A stretch of DNA of 64,000 nt from NCBI RefSeq assembly GCF_001194135.2, contig NC_069004.1:31549094-31613093 (forward strand), in the 5' to 3' direction. Position 1 is the first letter of the stretch. The number at the start of each line of letters is the position of its first letter. This DNA comes from Octopus bimaculoides (taxonomy: Eukaryota). This document shows positions 62,057-64,000 of the stretch, in pieces. A model generated the notes under the pieces. That model made no database searches, had not been told where the DNA came from, and was given only the letters and a program-made list of their open reading frames with translations. The position numbers and the translations under genes were made by a program.

Positions 62057-63517
62057 ATGTATGTATTTTGTGAACATTCCAAGGGCAGCCTTGGACGTTT
62101 TCTATCCAGAGTTTTTTAAAACCTGATACGTACATACTATTTTTATAGTCTTATCTGCTTCGAGTTTCACTGCCCCCCCCCCCATCACAAGAAATTTATG
62201 CAGTTGCTTGTCTCAGTGTTGTGCTAGTATGAATATGTCGTAATCTGACTAGATACCTGTAGTCTGCCAGCACACACACACACACACACGTATATATACA
62301 TGCATATACACATATACATATGCATACATACATATATACATGCATACACACACATATATATATATATACATATGAATACATACATGCATACACACACACA
62401 CATATATATATGCATATATATATATATATACATGTATGCATATATATACATACATGCATACACACATATCTGCATACATACATCCATATACACACATACA
62501 TACATGAAGCCATAAAGGTATGCATGCACACATACACACATGGATTGTCCCGTGTAACCCTTGTTCTAATTCCATATCCTCGTATCAATCTGTTTAGGTC
62601 CTTCACCGTGTATTTTTAAACGCCTGAACCTAACGTTTGTCCCGTGACAAACAAACAACGAAATCATTATTGATTATTACTAATCACTAAACAGTCCAAT
62701 CGATCACTCAATCACGTCTGCCGAAAACCCAGTGTTTGGATTCGATGATGACCACATTACCTGACGGCAAGGACCGAAAATTCTCCGCCACACACTTCTA
62801 GAGTTTTCTTTTAATTGTAGTTAATTTAGGCCACGAAAAATAACCACAAATTTCTTTATTCCGTGCATCGTTATATAATTGAGGAGGAGACTGCAGCTAT
62901 GAAGGGTATATCTCTTTTGCTCGGTCGTTCGATTTGTTAGAAATAGCAGCCAAATTCCTGCCCTCCCTCTCAAATTCCATGCTACCTCAAGAAGCTACCC
63001 AACAACAGAAGCAAGACAAATGTGTCGAAAAGCGTCAACAGACGTTGTTCAAGCATAAGCTATACACACACACACATAGATATATTATATATACATACAC
63101 ACCTGTATACTATATATTCATAGCTATACGTAATTCTTAAACACACTCACCTATATACAGCCTGCCCTTTCTCCCTCTCCCTGCATCTGTTTGTGTGCAT
63201 AATATATGTGTGAGTGTGTATATATGAGATGTGTATATGTTATCTTTTTTTCTTTTACTTGTTTCAGTGGTCAGACTGTGGCCATGCTGGGGCAATGTCT
63301 TGGGGGAATTTTTAGTCAAACGAATCGACACCAGCATCTATTTTTCGTTTCAAAGCTTGGCACTTGTTCTGTGGGCCTCTTTTGCCGAACCGATACGTTA
63401 CGGGGACGTAAACACACCAACACCTGTTGTCAAACGGTGACAAACACAAAGATACACACACGTAAACACACGCGACAGGCTTCTTTCAGTTTCCGTCTAT
63501 CAAATCAATTCACAAGG

Positions 63518-63519
<2 letters not shown>

Positions 63520-63577
<58 letters not shown>

Positions 63578-64000
63578 TACATTAAATATATATTATATAA
63601 CATATACATATATTAAATGTATATTATATATATATATATATTGAATGTATATTATATAATATATATTATATATATTTATAAATACAGATACTAGCTTCAT
63701 ATCTGTAAGCAACTCTTACTTATCTACACACCTATATACATCTTTACCTTTCTACATTTCTGTGCATACATCAATACCCCGACACACATACATACATACC
63801 TATTTACCTTGCCTATATATATATATATTTATATATACATACCTATATATATATATATATATACATACCTATATATATATATATATATACACCTATATAT
63901 ATATATACATACCTATATATATATATATATATACATACCTATATATATATATATATACATACCTATATATATATATATATACATACCTATATATATATAT
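63520..64000. repeat. (TA)n and TACC-interrupted TA microsatellite
   Basis: Direct inspection. Confidence 0.9.

Overview
AT-rich, intron-rich animal genomic DNA from a gappy draft assembly. The dominant SINE/RTE repeat families and microsatellite load look like Octopus (recognition, not a database match). Two spliced protein-coding genes lie on the minus strand. (1) The 5' half of the spliceosomal helicase Aquarius (AQR/IBP160): 21 coding exons from ATG at 19034 down to 246, about 700 aa, continuing off the left edge. A probable non-coding exon 1 and promoter sit near 20670-20830. (2) An unannotated-looking five-exon gene (33890 to 24627, 187 aa assembled) encoding a DUF4062/TEP1-like TIR-fold domain, with a GC-AG intron and no visible last exon. 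The rest is SINEs, RTE, R4/Dong, CR1 and Jockey-like LINE remnants, Tc1/mariner fragments, MITEs and simple repeats. Nearly all long entries in the supplied ORF track are microsatellite or N-gap artefacts. Most notable non-coding items: a core-intact Penelope-type minimal hammerhead ribozyme in sense orientation in probable AQR intron 1, a 312-bp-period tRNA-bearing unit with 62-bp terminal direct repeats, and an (AAT)n-flanked retro-element family.
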